A model generated the notes under the pieces. It made no database searches and was not told the origin of the DNA. It saw only the letters and a list, made by a program, of their open reading frames with translations. This document shows positions 1 to 10,330 of a stretch of DNA of 64,000 nt, in pieces. The first letter of the stretch is position 1. The number at the start of each line of letters is the position of its first letter. The stretch is from contig JALHMH010000009.1 in assembly GCA_022844165.1 (NCBI GenBank), forward strand, positions 32,001 through 96,000, in the 5' to 3' direction. The translations under genes were made by a program, and so were the position numbers. The DNA is from Lysobacterales bacterium. GTDB lineage: Bacteria > Pseudomonadota > Gammaproteobacteria > Xanthomonadales > SZUA-5.

Positions 1-1362
1 CAGGAAATCGAAGACGTGATTGGCATCGACGCCACCGACGCCATCGAGATCAGCGCCAAGACCGGGCTGAACGTGCGCAAAGTGCTCGAAGCGATCATTC
101 AGCGAATCCCGTCGCCACGAGAGAGCGACGACTCGACGCTCAAAGCCCTGATTATCGACAGCTGGTTCGACAATTATCTGGGCGTCATATCGCTGGTGCG
201 CGTGATGCAGGGCGAAATCAAAGTCGGCGACAAGATTTTGATGATGAGCACTGGCCGCACGTGGCAAGTAGAGCAAGTGGGCGTGTTTACGCCCAAGCGG
301 GTCACACGCGACAAGCTCAGCTGCGGACAAGTGGGTTTCGTGTCGGCGGCGATCAAAGAAGTCCACGGCGCGCCGGTGGGCGATACGATCACTTTCGCCA
401 AAGGCGCGGCCACCGAACCACTACCGGGGTTCCAGAAGATCAAACCGCGGGTGTTTGCGGGCCTGTTTCCGACTGAGGCCGACGACTATTCGGCGCTGCG
501 CGAGGCGTTGGAAAAACTGAAACTCAACGACTCCGCTCTTCAGTTTGAGCCGGAATCATCCGAGGCGATGGGTTTTGGTTTTCGCTGCGGCTTCCTGGGT
601 ATGCTGCACATGGAAATCGTGCAAGAACGCCTTGAACGCGAATACGATCTGGATCTGATCACCACCGCGCCTACGGTCATTTATCAGGTGTTGCTGAAGA
701 ACGACCAGGTCATCGATCTTGACAACCCGGCGAAGATGCCGGTGCCATCGGAAATGGTCGAAATCCGCGAACCGATCATCGTTGCCAACATTCTGGTACC
801 ACCCGACTATGTCGGTTCGGTGATTAAACTCTGCGAAGAGAAACGTGGCCGACAAAAGTCGATCAACTATCTGGGAACGCAAGTCCAAATCAGCTACGAG
901 ATGCCGCTGGCCGAAGTCGTGCTGGACTTTTTCGACCGGCTCAAGTCGGCATCGCGCGGCTATGCCTCTTTCGACTACCACCTCGACCGTTTCGAAGCTG
1001 GCCCGTTTGTGCGACTCGATATCTTGATCAACGGCGACCGCGTCGACGCTCTGAGCCTGATCGTGCATCGCAGCCAGGCCGACCGTCGCGGGCGTGACCT
1101 CGCCGAGCGCATGCGGGAACTTATCCCGAGGCAGATGTTCGATGTTGCGATCCAGGCGGCCGTGGGCGCGCAGATCATTGCCCGATCGACCGTCAAAGCG
1201 CTCCGCAAAAACGTGCTGGCCAAGTGTTACGGCGGCGATGTCTCGCGCAAACGCAAGCTCCTGGAAAAGCAGAAGGCTGGCAAGAAGCGCATGAAACAAG
1301 TGGGTCGGGTGGACATTCCGCAGGAAGCGTTCCTGGCGGTCTTACAAGTTGACGACAAGTAG
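1..1362 (+). CDS. lepA: Translation elongation factor 4 (LepA), 5'-truncated by the window
   Basis: [23 protein letters not shown] and C-terminal [31 protein letters not shown]; lies upstream of lepB. Confidence 0.98.
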   Translation, partial: QEIEDVIGIDATDAIEISAKTGLNVRKVLEAIIQRIPSPRESDDSTLKALIIDSWFDNYLGVISLVRVMQGEIKVGDKILMMSTGRTWQVEQVGVFTPKRVTRDKLSCGQVGFVSAAIKEVHGAPVGDTITFAKGAATEPLPGFQKIKPRVFAGLFPTEADDYSALREALEKLKLNDSALQFEPESSEAMGFGFRCGFLGMLHMEIVQERLEREYDLDLITTAPTVIYQVLLKNDQVIDLDNPAKMPVPSEMVEIREPIIVANILVPPDYVGSVIKLCEEKRGRQKSINYLGTQVQISYEMPLAEVVLDFFDRLKSASRGYASFDYHLDRFEAGPFVRLDILINGDRVDALSLIVHRSQADRRGRDLAERMRELIPRQMFDVAIQAAVGAQIIARSTVKALRKNVLAKCYGGDVSRKRKLLEKQKAGKKRMKQVGRVDIPQEAFLAVLQVDDK

Positions 1363-1369
1363 GCGGGCA

Positions 1370-2194
1370 ATGGATTTTGCGCTAATTCTGGTGGTACTGA
1401 CGGGCGTGACGGGTTTCGTGTGGGCCGTCGATTCGCTGTTCTTCAGAGCGAAACGGCTTGCGTTGGTGAACCCGGCGCAGATGGGCGAAGCCGCGCTGGC
1501 CCAGGCGGGCGCTGCACCCGCCGCTCGCGACCCGGTGATTGTGGAGTATTCGAAGTCGTTCTTCCCGGTGATCCTTGCTGTACTGATGATCCGCTCATTC
1601 CTGTTTGAGCCGTTTACCATTCCATCAAGCTCGATGGTGCCAACCTTGTTGATTGGAGATTTTATTCTGGTCAACAAATACGCCTATGGTCTGCGACTGC
1701 CGGTGGCAAACACAAAGATCGTCAGTATCGGCGCGCCTGAGCGCGGCGATGTTGTCGTGTTTCGCCCGCCGCATCAGCCAAACACAAATTTCGTCAAGCG
1801 CCTCGTCGGCATGCCAGGCGATGAAGTCGCCTACTTCGACAACACGCTGTACATCAATGGCGTGGCGATCCAGAACACGCCGGTGGGCCGCTACTTTGGA
1901 GAAGGCAGCAATGATGAATCGACCGGCCAGGAGCTGCGCACGGAAGACCTGCTCGGCGTCGAACACCAGATTTTAATTGCCGGGAATCGGCTCGGCATTC
2001 AGAATTCGTGGAAAGTGCCCGACGGGCACTACTTCATGGTCGGCGATAATCGCGATAATAGCGATGACAGTCGGCGTTGGGGTTTCGTTTCGGAGAAGAG
2101 CCTGGTCGGTCGCGCCGAGTTCATTTGGATGCACTGGGATTGGAAGATCCGGGGTTTCGTTTCCTGGAGTCGTATTGGCACGAGCGTGGAGTGA
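1370..2194 (+). CDS. lepB: Signal peptidase I
   Basis: Catalytic motifs IPSSSMVPTL, FVKRLVG and GDNRDNSDDSR; ATG at 1370 chosen. Confidence 0.96.
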   Translation: MDFALILVVLTGVTGFVWAVDSLFFRAKRLALVNPAQMGEAALAQAGAAPAARDPVIVEYSKSFFPVILAVLMIRSFLFEPFTIPSSSMVPTLLIGDFILVNKYAYGLRLPVANTKIVSIGAPERGDVVVFRPPHQPNTNFVKRLVGMPGDEVAYFDNTLYINGVAIQNTPVGRYFGEGSNDESTGQELRTEDLLGVEHQILIAGNRLGIQNSWKVPDGHYFMVGDNRDNSDDSRRWGFVSEKSLVGRAEFIWMHWDWKIRGFVSWSRIGTSVE

Positions 2195-2197
2195 GCG

Positions 2198-2572
2198 ATG
2201 AATACTGGGCGCAAGCAGTTGGGCATCACCTTGATGGGATTTTTGATAGTCCTTGCCGTCGGCGGCGTGTTCGCCTTGTTCGCGGCAAAGATCATCCCGA
2301 TGTACACCGAGTTCAGCGCTGTGAAGAAGTCGATGAATACACTGGCGGGACAAGCGGGCGTCGGTAACCTGCCGCCTGACCAGGTCTGGAGCAAGCTCGA
2401 CTTTATTTTCTCGACGGCCTACGTCGATAGCGTCAAGAAGAACAATCTGCAGATCATCAAGAAGGGGAAGCCGAGAATCGTCGTCACGTACGAAGTCCGG
2501 AAACCGCTGTTCTACAATCTCGACCTCGTAGGTCGCTTTTCGCACGAAGAGCCACTTAGAGGCGGGCGCTGA
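2198..2572 (+). CDS. DUF4845-family protein with pilin-like N-terminus
   Basis: KQLGITLMGFLIVL start; usual position between lepB and rnc. Confidence 0.8.
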   Translation: MNTGRKQLGITLMGFLIVLAVGGVFALFAAKIIPMYTEFSAVKKSMNTLAGQAGVGNLPPDQVWSKLDFIFSTAYVDSVKKNNLQIIKKGKPRIVVTYEVRKPLFYNLDLVGRFSHEEPLRGGR

Positions 2573-2575
2573 CAC

Positions 2576-3259
2576 TTGTTCGTCGCCGCGCCGCGCAATC
2601 CGCTGGCCAGACATGGCGTCGAGCTGGATGGCGCCATTCTCACCCGCGCGCTGACACATCGCAGCGCGGGCCGCGATAACTATGAGCGGCTCGAGTTCCT
2701 GGGCGATGCGCTCGTCAACACCATCATCAGCATTGGTTTGTATCAGCGTTATGCGCGCGCCGCCGAAGGCGACCTGACGCGATTGCGCGCCGCGCTGATC
2801 CGCGAATCCAGTTTGGCGGAAATCGCCCGATCGCTGAATTTGTCCGATTACCTGTTGCTCGGTTCCGGCGAACTCAAGAGTGGCGGCTTTCGTCGCGACT
2901 CAATACTTGCCGACACCCTGGAAGCCTTGGTGGCAGCTGTATTCCTGCATCATGGTTGGGACGAGTGCCGCCGACTGGTCGATGCGTTGTTCGAGAGTGC
3001 TTTTGCCAAGGTCGACCCGGAAGCCGCAAAAGACTCCAAGACGCGACTACAAGAACTGCTGCAAGGTCGCGGGCTCGGCCTGCCCGAGTACCGATTGATC
3101 GACAGTCACGGCAAAGACCACGACAAGACCTTCGTGATGGCCTGCGAAGTGGTGGCGCTGGGTACTGCTGCGCAAGCCACTGGGCGCAGCCGTAAACACG
3201 CCGAACAGGCGGCTGCCGAAGCCGTGCTGACACTACTTGCCAACGGCGCCGGCGCATGA
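2576..3259 (+). CDS. rnc: Ribonuclease III
   Basis: ERLEFLGDA signature and C-terminal dsRBD (KTRLQELLQ...AEQAAA); start uncertain (TTG). Confidence 0.96.
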   Translation: MFVAAPRNPLARHGVELDGAILTRALTHRSAGRDNYERLEFLGDALVNTIISIGLYQRYARAAEGDLTRLRAALIRESSLAEIARSLNLSDYLLLGSGELKSGGFRRDSILADTLEALVAAVFLHHGWDECRRLVDALFESAFAKVDPEAAKDSKTRLQELLQGRGLGLPEYRLIDSHGKDHDKTFVMACEVVALGTAAQATGRSRKHAEQAAAEAVLTLLANGAGA

Positions 3260-4140
3260 GCTTTGTGGCGGGTCACGCGGCGCTGATCGGCCGTCCCAAT
3301 GTCGGAAAATCAAGCCTGCTGAACGTCTTTGTGGGCGCTCATTTGGGCGCGGTTTCGCCCAAGCCGCACACAACGCGGCAGCTGGTCCTGGGCGTGCGCA
3401 GTTTCCCAGACTCGCAGATTGCGTTCGTCGATACGCCGGGGCTGCAACAACGACGACCGAATGCGGTACACAAGGCGATGGACCGTGCTTTTGACCGCGG
3501 CGTCGGCAGCGTCGACCTGGTAGTGCTGGTCGTCGAAGCCGGGACCTTCAATGCCGGCGATCGCGCGGCGCTGGAGCGCGCGAAGCAAACCGAGCGGCCG
3601 ATTGCGGTGGTGGTCAACAAAGTCGACCTGATCAAAAACAAAGCCGAGTTGCTGCCGTATATCGACAAGCTTAGCCGCGAACACGACTTCGCCGCGATTT
3701 TGTTGGTGAGCGCACGCAAAGAAAGCGGTACCGAGGAGGCAGTCAGGCGCCTTGCAGCCCTGTTGCCGAGGCAGGAAGCACTGTATCCGGCCGATACGCT
3801 GACTGACCGTAGCGAGCGCTTTCTGGCAGCCGAACTGGTGCGAGAGCAACTGATGCGGCAGCTCGGCGACGAAGTGCCATATGCATGCGCGGTCGAGATC
3901 GAAGCCTTCACGATTGAAGGCGCGCTGCGTCGTATTCACGCCATCATCTGGGTCGAACGCGACGGCCAGAAGGCGATCGTCATCGGCGAGGGCGGTCAGC
4001 AATTGAAGTTCATCGGCAGCAAAGCGCGTGAAGCCATGGAACTGTTGTTCGACGGCCGCGTACATCTGGAGTTGTGGGTCAAAGTACGCGCCGATTGGAG
4101 CGACAGCGAGCGAGCGCTGAAACAATTCGGTTTTGAGTGA
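3256..4140 (+). CDS. era: GTPase Era
   Basis: GRPNVGKSSL, DTPG, NKVD and KH domain (IVIGEGGQQLK). Confidence 0.97.
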   Translation: MSFVAGHAALIGRPNVGKSSLLNVFVGAHLGAVSPKPHTTRQLVLGVRSFPDSQIAFVDTPGLQQRRPNAVHKAMDRAFDRGVGSVDLVVLVVEAGTFNAGDRAALERAKQTERPIAVVVNKVDLIKNKAELLPYIDKLSREHDFAAILLVSARKESGTEEAVRRLAALLPRQEALYPADTLTDRSERFLAAELVREQLMRQLGDEVPYACAVEIEAFTIEGALRRIHAIIWVERDGQKAIVIGEGGQQLKFIGSKAREAMELLFDGRVHLELWVKVRADWSDSERALKQFGFE

Positions 4141-4143
4141 ACC

Positions 4144-4839
4144 ATGCGCGTGGTTGCGCAAGCGCTTTTTGTACTGCATCGCCGGCCCTACTCAGAGACC
4201 AGCTTCCTGATTGAGGCTTTGACACCCGAGTTCGGTCGCCTTGGCCTCGTGGCGCGTGGTGCGCGCACCGGGCGGCGCGGCCTTTTGGCGCTATTGCAAC
4301 CGTTCCAGCCGTTGCTGGTCGATTTCGTGCATGGCCCCGAGTTGTGCCGGCTGAATGCCGCAGATGCGGCGGCAGCGAGCTATACGATGAGCGGCGAACG
4401 CTCGTTGGCGGGTCTGTACCTCAACGAGCTCCTGGTCAAGTTGCTGCCAAGGGGAGAGGCTGCACCGACACTATTCGCACGCTATGCACGTGCGCTCGAA
4501 GAGCTGTCCTCTTCGCCCGATCTGGCCTGGCAACTGCGGCGATTTGAGCGCGACGCGCTTGCCGAGCTCGGTTGGCTCATTGACCTTCGATCGGATATCG
4601 CCAGAGATCCGATCGACGCCACAGCCCACTATCGCATCGTGCCTGAGCTCGGTCTCGAACGCGACAACCATGGCTGGTCCGGCGCGGCTATCGCGGCGCT
4701 CGCGGACGATGGCTCGACCCCAAGCGCTGCGCAACTGACGCAATTGCGCGGTTTCCTGCGTGAGCTGTTGTTGCCGCATATGCAGGCGCCTATGGTGGCA
4801 TGGGGCATGGTGGCGGCACTCCGCGAGCTGGGTGGTTGA
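4144..4839 (+). CDS. recO: DNA repair protein RecO
   Basis: FVLHRRPYSETS and GLYLNELL; follows era. Confidence 0.94.
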   Translation: MRVVAQALFVLHRRPYSETSFLIEALTPEFGRLGLVARGARTGRRGLLALLQPFQPLLVDFVHGPELCRLNAADAAAASYTMSGERSLAGLYLNELLVKLLPRGEAAPTLFARYARALEELSSSPDLAWQLRRFERDALAELGWLIDLRSDIARDPIDATAHYRIVPELGLERDNHGWSGAAIAALADDGSTPSAAQLTQLRGFLRELLLPHMQAPMVAWGMVAALRELGG

Positions 4840-4953
4840 TCCGGTTGCGTGAGGCACGATAAGGGTACTTGTGCGTAGATACGCGCCTCTGTCACTTGGA
4901 ATTTCGCAATTGGCGCCTATTCTCAGTTCCTCGCCGCCAAAAGGATTGCCGTT

Positions 4954-5466
4954 ATGGCCAAAAAGAAGTCTGCACCGATCGATACTTTCGCGACGCGCAT
5001 CGACATTCCGGGCAAAGTGCGCAATGCGTTGATCAACGTGCTGAACCAGCAACTCGCCGACACGCTGGACGTCTACAGCCAAACCAAACAAGCCCATTGG
5101 AATGTCAAAGGCCGCGGGTTTTTTCAATTGCACGAGTTGTTCGACAAATTTGCGGGAGACTTGCTGGAGCACATCGACGAGATCGCAGAACGCATTACCG
5201 CGCTGGGTGGTACCGCGCTCGGGACGATTCGGCACACGGCGCAGGTCAGCCGGGTGGCGGAACTGCCTGACGTGCTCGGTCACTCGCAGCAAGCGATCTC
5301 CTTGCTCGCCGATCGATATGCGGAACTCGCCAAATCGACGCGCGATGCGATCGAAGCGTGCGATGAAATTGACGATGCGGGCAGCGAGGACTTACTCACG
5401 ACCATCTCGCGCGATCTCGACAAGAAACTGTGGTTTCTTGAGGCCCATTTGCAAGACGAGGCTTAG
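4954..5466 (+). CDS. dps: Dps DNA protection / ferritin-like protein
   Basis: KQAHWNVKG..FFQLHELFD, DEIAERI and LDKKLWFLEAH. Confidence 0.95.
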   Translation: MAKKKSAPIDTFATRIDIPGKVRNALINVLNQQLADTLDVYSQTKQAHWNVKGRGFFQLHELFDKFAGDLLEHIDEIAERITALGGTALGTIRHTAQVSRVAELPDVLGHSQQAISLLADRYAELAKSTRDAIEACDEIDDAGSEDLLTTISRDLDKKLWFLEAHLQDEA

Positions 5467-5481
5467 CCGCACGGCCCGTCG

Positions 5482-6594
5482 ATGATCGATTCTTCGTCCA
5501 ATTTCGAGAGCTCCGATTCGGGACCGCATTGGTACGGCGTGATCGCCGTGGAGCGGCAAGCGGCGACCGCCATGGAGCTGCAATTGTCCCGGCAGGCCGC
5601 CGACACATTGGTGACTGGACTCATGGCACAGGTGGCTCGACACGTCCCCGACGGGCTGGGTCTGGCCTGGAGTGCGGCACTATATGACCCGGCGCAGTTG
5701 CTAAGGCGCGGTTTCCCGGTGCACCGCGAGGTACTCGACCTCGCTCGTGCCGGGCGCGCACAGGGAGTTGCCCCGGGGCAAGCATTGACGGTCATTGCCG
5801 GCCCATCTGGTATGCCAACAGCACTCTTACAACCCGATCCAAAACTGGGCGCAGGTACGCTCCTGGTGATCCCCTGGGTCCTCTGGGGCGACGCCGCCGC
5901 CGTCGCAGCCGCCACGCAACGCCTTGAATCTGAGTTGTTTGAACAGGGTCTTGCCGATCCGGCTATCGTGCTGGCACTCGCCGAGCTTGGCGAAACCTTC
6001 GAGCATGCGCGTCTGATGTCGATTGCCGATCTGATGGCGATGATGGCCGCTCAACTCGATCAAGTCGGTTTGGCTGCCGCCTGGCAAATCCTCGAAGAGA
6101 GCCTGCTGGCACCTACGCCGAGGGAGTTCGACGTGCAATCGCGGCTGGGACAAGCCTGGCGGCTGACACCCGAACACGCAATCCTGAGCTTCGAACCGAT
6201 CTCGGCTTACGCCAATCGCGTGCCGGTAGACCACATCGAACTGATGCTCGGCGACTATCTCGAACGCGTGCACGAATTCCGTCAAACGCAGGCGCTATTG
6301 TTGGCACACGGGCTGGACGTTACGATCAATCCCGCGCCCGAAGGCGGGCTGATCGTCGACTACAAGTCCAATGGTCTGGCGCGATCTGCTGTACTGCACG
6401 AGCATCCCGGGCTGGGCGCACTGGCATTCACGTTGATCGATGATCGTCGTCACGTGCTGGCGCACTATTACCCGGTCGCTCCGGGGGCGATCGGCGACTT
6501 CCTGGCCAGTATGCGCGAGCGCGGCTTGGAACTGGTGAGGCCGGGGCGAGTCATGCTTGCCATAGACGGCACAGATCTTTGCGCCGACGCATAG
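5482..6594 (+). CDS. Hypothetical protein (370 aa)
   Basis: Long ORF with genome-typical codon use that fills the dps-leu gap; no motif recognised. Confidence 0.7.
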   Translation: MIDSSSNFESSDSGPHWYGVIAVERQAATAMELQLSRQAADTLVTGLMAQVARHVPDGLGLAWSAALYDPAQLLRRGFPVHREVLDLARAGRAQGVAPGQALTVIAGPSGMPTALLQPDPKLGAGTLLVIPWVLWGDAAAVAAATQRLESELFEQGLADPAIVLALAELGETFEHARLMSIADLMAMMAAQLDQVGLAAAWQILEESLLAPTPREFDVQSRLGQAWRLTPEHAILSFEPISAYANRVPVDHIELMLGDYLERVHEFRQTQALLLAHGLDVTINPAPEGGLIVDYKSNGLARSAVLHEHPGLGALAFTLIDDRRHVLAHYYPVAPGAIGDFLASMRERGLELVRPGRVMLAIDGTDLCADA

Positions 6595-6629
6595 TGCTGC
6601 TGCGCTACGGCCATATGCCAAATCGCCAG

Positions 6630-6659
6630 TTGACAACTCAAGCAACCTTGGTCGACACT
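6630..6659 (+). promoter_or_regulatory. Putative sigma70 promoter of the leu leader
   Basis: TTGACA (6630-6635), 18-nt spacer, GACACT (6654-6659), ending 26 nt before the leader ATG. Confidence 0.5.
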
Positions 6660-6685
6660 GCACGCATCCTCTGACGCACCGCACC

Positions 6686-6760
6686 ATGACGACTTCGATG
6701 CTCCTCGCGCTTCGACTTCTATCGCCCAATCGCGAGGTGTGTGGCTGCTGGTCGAGCTAA
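6686..6760 (+). CDS. leuL: leu operon leader peptide MTTSMLLALRLLSPNREVCGCWSS
   Basis: Five Leu codons in a 7-codon stretch (CTC CTC GCG CTT CGA CTT CTA), including the rare CTA; directly upstream of a terminator and leuA. Confidence 0.85.
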   Translation: MTTSMLLALRLLSPNREVCGCWSS

Positions 6761-6789
6761 TCGAACGGCGAAGAGGAAGCAAGAATCTC

Positions 6790-6830
6790 AAAGCCCCGCA
6801 TCTCGGTCTCCGAGGCGGGGCTTTTCTTTT
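6790..6830 (+). terminator. Attenuator terminator of the leu operon
   Basis: AAAGCCCCGC...GCGGGGCTTT stem followed by a TTTTCTTTT run, 26 nt before leuA. Confidence 0.88.
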
Positions 6831-6856
6831 GGCAATCACGGCACTGGACTTCAGCA

Positions 6857-8407
6857 ATGGCAAGCGACAACCGAGTGTATGTGTTCGATACCTCCCTGCG
6901 CGACGGCGAGCAGGCACCAGGGTTCTCGATGGACCCACGCGGCAAACGGCGGCTGGCGCATCAACTTGCCGAACTGGGTGTCGACGTGATCGAAGCCGGA
7001 TTTCCGTCGGCCAGCCCAGATGATTTTCAAGCGGTTTTTGGTATCGCCACGGAAGTCCGCGGCGCATCGATCGCGGGCCTGGCGCGTGCAACAAAAGGCG
7101 ATATCGAGGCCTGCGCGCGTGCGGTCGAAAAAGCCGAACGCCCACGCATCCACACATTCATTTCGACCAGCCCATTGCATCGATTGCATAAGCTCAACAT
7201 GGACAAAGGACAAGTGCTCGCAGCGGCCGTTGCCGCCGTCGAACTGGCGCGCCGCTATGTCGATGATGTCGAGTTCTCCGCCGAAGACGCGATTCGCACT
7301 GAGCCCGAGTATCTGGTCGAGATTTTCTCCGCCGCGATCGCTGCTGGCGCGCGAACGCTGAATGTGCCGGATACCGTGGGCTACAGCACGCCAGACGAGG
7401 TTCGCGAACTCTTCGCGCGTTTGAAACGCGAAGTGCGTGGCGCCGAAAACGTGATTTTTTCTTGCCATTGCCACAACGATCTGGGTCTGGCGGTGGCCAA
7501 CTCTCTGGCGGCGCTGGAGGGTGGCGCCCGGCAGGTCGAATGCACGGTCAATGGCATCGGTGAGCGCGCCGGCAATGCCGCACTGGAAGAGCTGGTGATG
7601 GCGCTGCGCACACGATACGAACGTTATGGCCTGGTCACGGGCATCGATACGACGAAGATCTACCCAACCTCGCGCCTGCTGCAGAACATTACCGGGCAAC
7701 AAGTGCAGCGCAACAAGGCGATCGTCGGCGACAACGCGTTTGCGCACGAATCCGGCATTCACCAGCACGGCATGCTCAAACATCGCCAAACCTACGAGAT
7801 CATGAATCCCGAAGACGTCGGCTTGAGCAAAAGCGAGTTGGTACTCGGCAAACACTCGGGCCGCCACGCGCTGAAAGATCGGCTGACGCGCATGGGCTAT
7901 CGCCTGGAAGACGCAGAAACCGACAGAGTGTTCACGGCGTTCAAGGCGCTGGCCGACAAGAAAAAGGAAATCTACGACGCCGACCTCGAGGCCATCGTTC
8001 TTGGCATCACCGGCGGTGTCACGTCGAGCTACATTTTGAAGAGCCTGTCGATCCAAAGCGCCACCGGCGAAACGCGCATGCCGACGGCGAGCGTACGCCT
8101 GGCCACACCCGATGGCCGCGAAGTCTGTGAAGCGGCCGTCGGCGATGGGCCGGTTGACGCTCTGTTCCGCGCGCTGTCGCGGGCGATCGGCGCCGAGATC
8201 ACGCTAAAGAGCTTCCACATCCGCAGCATTTCGTTCGGCAGCGACGCACAAGGTCAAGCCACCGTAGAAGCCGAATGGAACGGCCAGGAACACGTTGGCC
8301 GCGGCACCTCGACCGACATCCTCGAGGCCAGTGCGTTGGCCTATCTGGATGTGGCCAATCGCCTGCTCAAAGTGCGGGCGCGCGAAGCACTGGCGGCAGC
8401 GGCCTGA
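6857..8407 (+). CDS. leuA: 2-isopropylmalate synthase
   Basis: [36 protein letters not shown] and regulatory GDGPVDA. Confidence 0.98.
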   Translation: MASDNRVYVFDTSLRDGEQAPGFSMDPRGKRRLAHQLAELGVDVIEAGFPSASPDDFQAVFGIATEVRGASIAGLARATKGDIEACARAVEKAERPRIHTFISTSPLHRLHKLNMDKGQVLAAAVAAVELARRYVDDVEFSAEDAIRTEPEYLVEIFSAAIAAGARTLNVPDTVGYSTPDEVRELFARLKREVRGAENVIFSCHCHNDLGLAVANSLAALEGGARQVECTVNGIGERAGNAALEELVMALRTRYERYGLVTGIDTTKIYPTSRLLQNITGQQVQRNKAIVGDNAFAHESGIHQHGMLKHRQTYEIMNPEDVGLSKSELVLGKHSGRHALKDRLTRMGYRLEDAETDRVFTAFKALADKKKEIYDADLEAIVLGITGGVTSSYILKSLSIQSATGETRMPTASVRLATPDGREVCEAAVGDGPVDALFRALSRAIGAEITLKSFHIRSISFGSDAQGQATVEAEWNGQEHVGRGTSTDILEASALAYLDVANRLLKVRAREALAAAA

Positions 8408-8575
8408 ACCTTTCGCGTCGCGTCGCATGGCGGCATATGCAGACACGAAGGGAACCAGAAAAGCCGTGCGCCGCCCACAACGCCTTCGGCTTTTCGTGGA
8501 CTCGCACTTACGTGCGAATCCAGGGAACATAGGTCCCTCGTCAACTGATCGATAGAAGTGCGATTCACGGCAGAC

Positions 8576-9982
8576 ATGAACATGAAGACGCTATTCGACA
8601 AAGTCTGGCAACAACACGTTGTAGTGCCGGAAACGCAGGAAGCGCCCGCCGTGTTGTACATCGACTTGCATCTTGTCCATGAAGTCACCAGCCCCCAGGC
8701 ATTCGCCGAACTGGCCACGCGAGGCTTGAAAGTCCGATGCCCGGACCGAACCCTGGCGACACTCGATCACTCGACGCCGACGCTGCCGGCAATCGACGGC
8801 GAATTGCCTTATGTCACCGACGAGGCCAGACATCAGGTAGCGACCTTGCGCGCAAACGCCGCTACGTTCGGCATTGAGCTGCTGGATTTCGGTTCCGGCC
8901 AGCGCGGCATCGTGCACGTGGTCGGGCCCGAACAAGGCGCCACACAGCCCGGCATGACCATCGTCTGCGGCGATAGTCACACCTCGACACACGGCGCCTT
9001 TGGCGCAATTGCATTCGGTATCGGCACCAGCGAAGTCGGTTATGTACTTGCGAGCCAGTGTCTGCTGCAGCGCAAGCCGAAAACGATGGCGATCAATGTC
9101 GAAGGTACACTGCGCGCTGACGTCTGCGCCAAAGACGTGATCCTGCACATCATTCGCACGATCGGCGTCGAAGGTGGTACCGGTTATGCGATTGAATATC
9201 GTGGCAGTGCGATCCGCGGTCTCGATATGGACGGCCGCATGACGCTGTGCAATATGTCGATCGAGGCCGGTGCACGCTGCGGGATGGTGGCGCCCGATGA
9301 GGTCACGTTTGCGTATTTGAAAGATCGCCCGCGTGCCCCTAAGGGCGACGCCTGGGAGGCCGCGGTGGCGCGCTGGCGCGATCTGGCGAGCGATGCCGAT
9401 GCGCAGTTTGATCGCCAGGTTCACATCAACGCAGCTGAGATCGCGCCAACGGTGACCTGGGGCACGCACCCAGGCATGGGATTGAGTCTGAGCGAGTCGG
9501 TACCGAACGCTGATGATGCGCAACTGGCGAAAGCGCGGCGTTACATGGGCTGGGAAACTGGCGAAGCGCTCACCGGTCGGGCGGTCGATGTTGTGTTCAT
9601 CGGCAGCTGCACCAATGGCCGCTTGAGCGATCTTCGCGCAGCAGCCGATCAACTGCGGGGCCGGCACGTTCACCCGCGGGTTCGCATGTTGGTCGTACCC
9701 GGATCCGATCAGGTCAAACGCGACGCCGAAGCCGAAGGCCTGCACGACGTGTTTCGTGCTGCGGGTGCCGAGTGGCGCGAGCCCGGCTGTTCGATGTGCA
9801 TCGCGATGAACGGCGATATCGTCGAGCCAGGGCAGATCGCCGTGAGCACCAGCAATCGCAACTTCGAGGGACGCCAGGGCAAGGGCTCGCGCACGATACT
9901 CGCCAGTCCGGCGGTGGCTGCTGCGAGTGCGGTGGTCGGGGCGCTGGCAGTTCCTGCATCACCTCGACCAGAAAGACACTAG
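8576..9982 (+). CDS. leuC: 3-isopropylmalate dehydratase large subunit
   Basis: [35 protein letters not shown] and [12 protein letters not shown]; start 8576 or 8582. Confidence 0.98.
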   Translation: MNMKTLFDKVWQQHVVVPETQEAPAVLYIDLHLVHEVTSPQAFAELATRGLKVRCPDRTLATLDHSTPTLPAIDGELPYVTDEARHQVATLRANAATFGIELLDFGSGQRGIVHVVGPEQGATQPGMTIVCGDSHTSTHGAFGAIAFGIGTSEVGYVLASQCLLQRKPKTMAINVEGTLRADVCAKDVILHIIRTIGVEGGTGYAIEYRGSAIRGLDMDGRMTLCNMSIEAGARCGMVAPDEVTFAYLKDRPRAPKGDAWEAAVARWRDLASDADAQFDRQVHINAAEIAPTVTWGTHPGMGLSLSESVPNADDAQLAKARRYMGWETGEALTGRAVDVVFIGSCTNGRLSDLRAAADQLRGRHVHPRVRMLVVPGSDQVKRDAEAEGLHDVFRAAGAEWREPGCSMCIAMNGDIVEPGQIAVSTSNRNFEGRQGKGSRTILASPAVAAASAVVGALAVPASPRPERH

Positions 9983-10318
9983 CGAGGCTTCGCCTCAGAC
10001 CGCCGAGCATTGTTGGCTTCGTCCGACAGCGTACTCGCCACAACCCCGCGCTTCGCGCGCCCCCTTGACTCAAGGGGGCTGCAAAAGCCAAAGCCGCTCC
10101 TAAGAAAATTTGACTCAAATGACAAGATCCAGCTCAGTCAAGGACTCTAGCGAGGCTTCGCCTCAGACCGCCGAGCATTGTTGGCTTCGTCCGACAGCGT
10201 ACTCGCCACAACCCCGCGCTTCGCGCGCCCCCTTGACTCAAGGGGGCTGTAAAAGCCAAAGCCGCTCCTAAGAAAATTTGACTCAAATGACAAGATCCAG
10301 CTTCATCATGGACACTAG
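9979..10318. repeat. Two tandem 168-bp copies of a CTAG-bounded palindromic repeat (MITE/REP-like family A)
   Basis: 9979-10134 and 10147-10302 differ at one base; CTAG at 9979, 10147 and 10315 (period 168); internal hairpins. Confidence 0.95.
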
Positions 10319-10330
10319 TGACGATACGAA

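Noticed and set aside
4120-4140. Era ends in KQFGFE, resembling the GFE tag
   Set aside because: Era is a cytoplasmic GTPase with no signal peptide, lacks the [DN] before GFE, and Era proteins normally end in a similar LGY/FGY motif; treated as coincidence.
9979-10318. Tandem repeat considered as a CRISPR array
   Set aside because: The repeated part is 156 bp with only 12 variable bases, there are just two units, and no cas genes are present.
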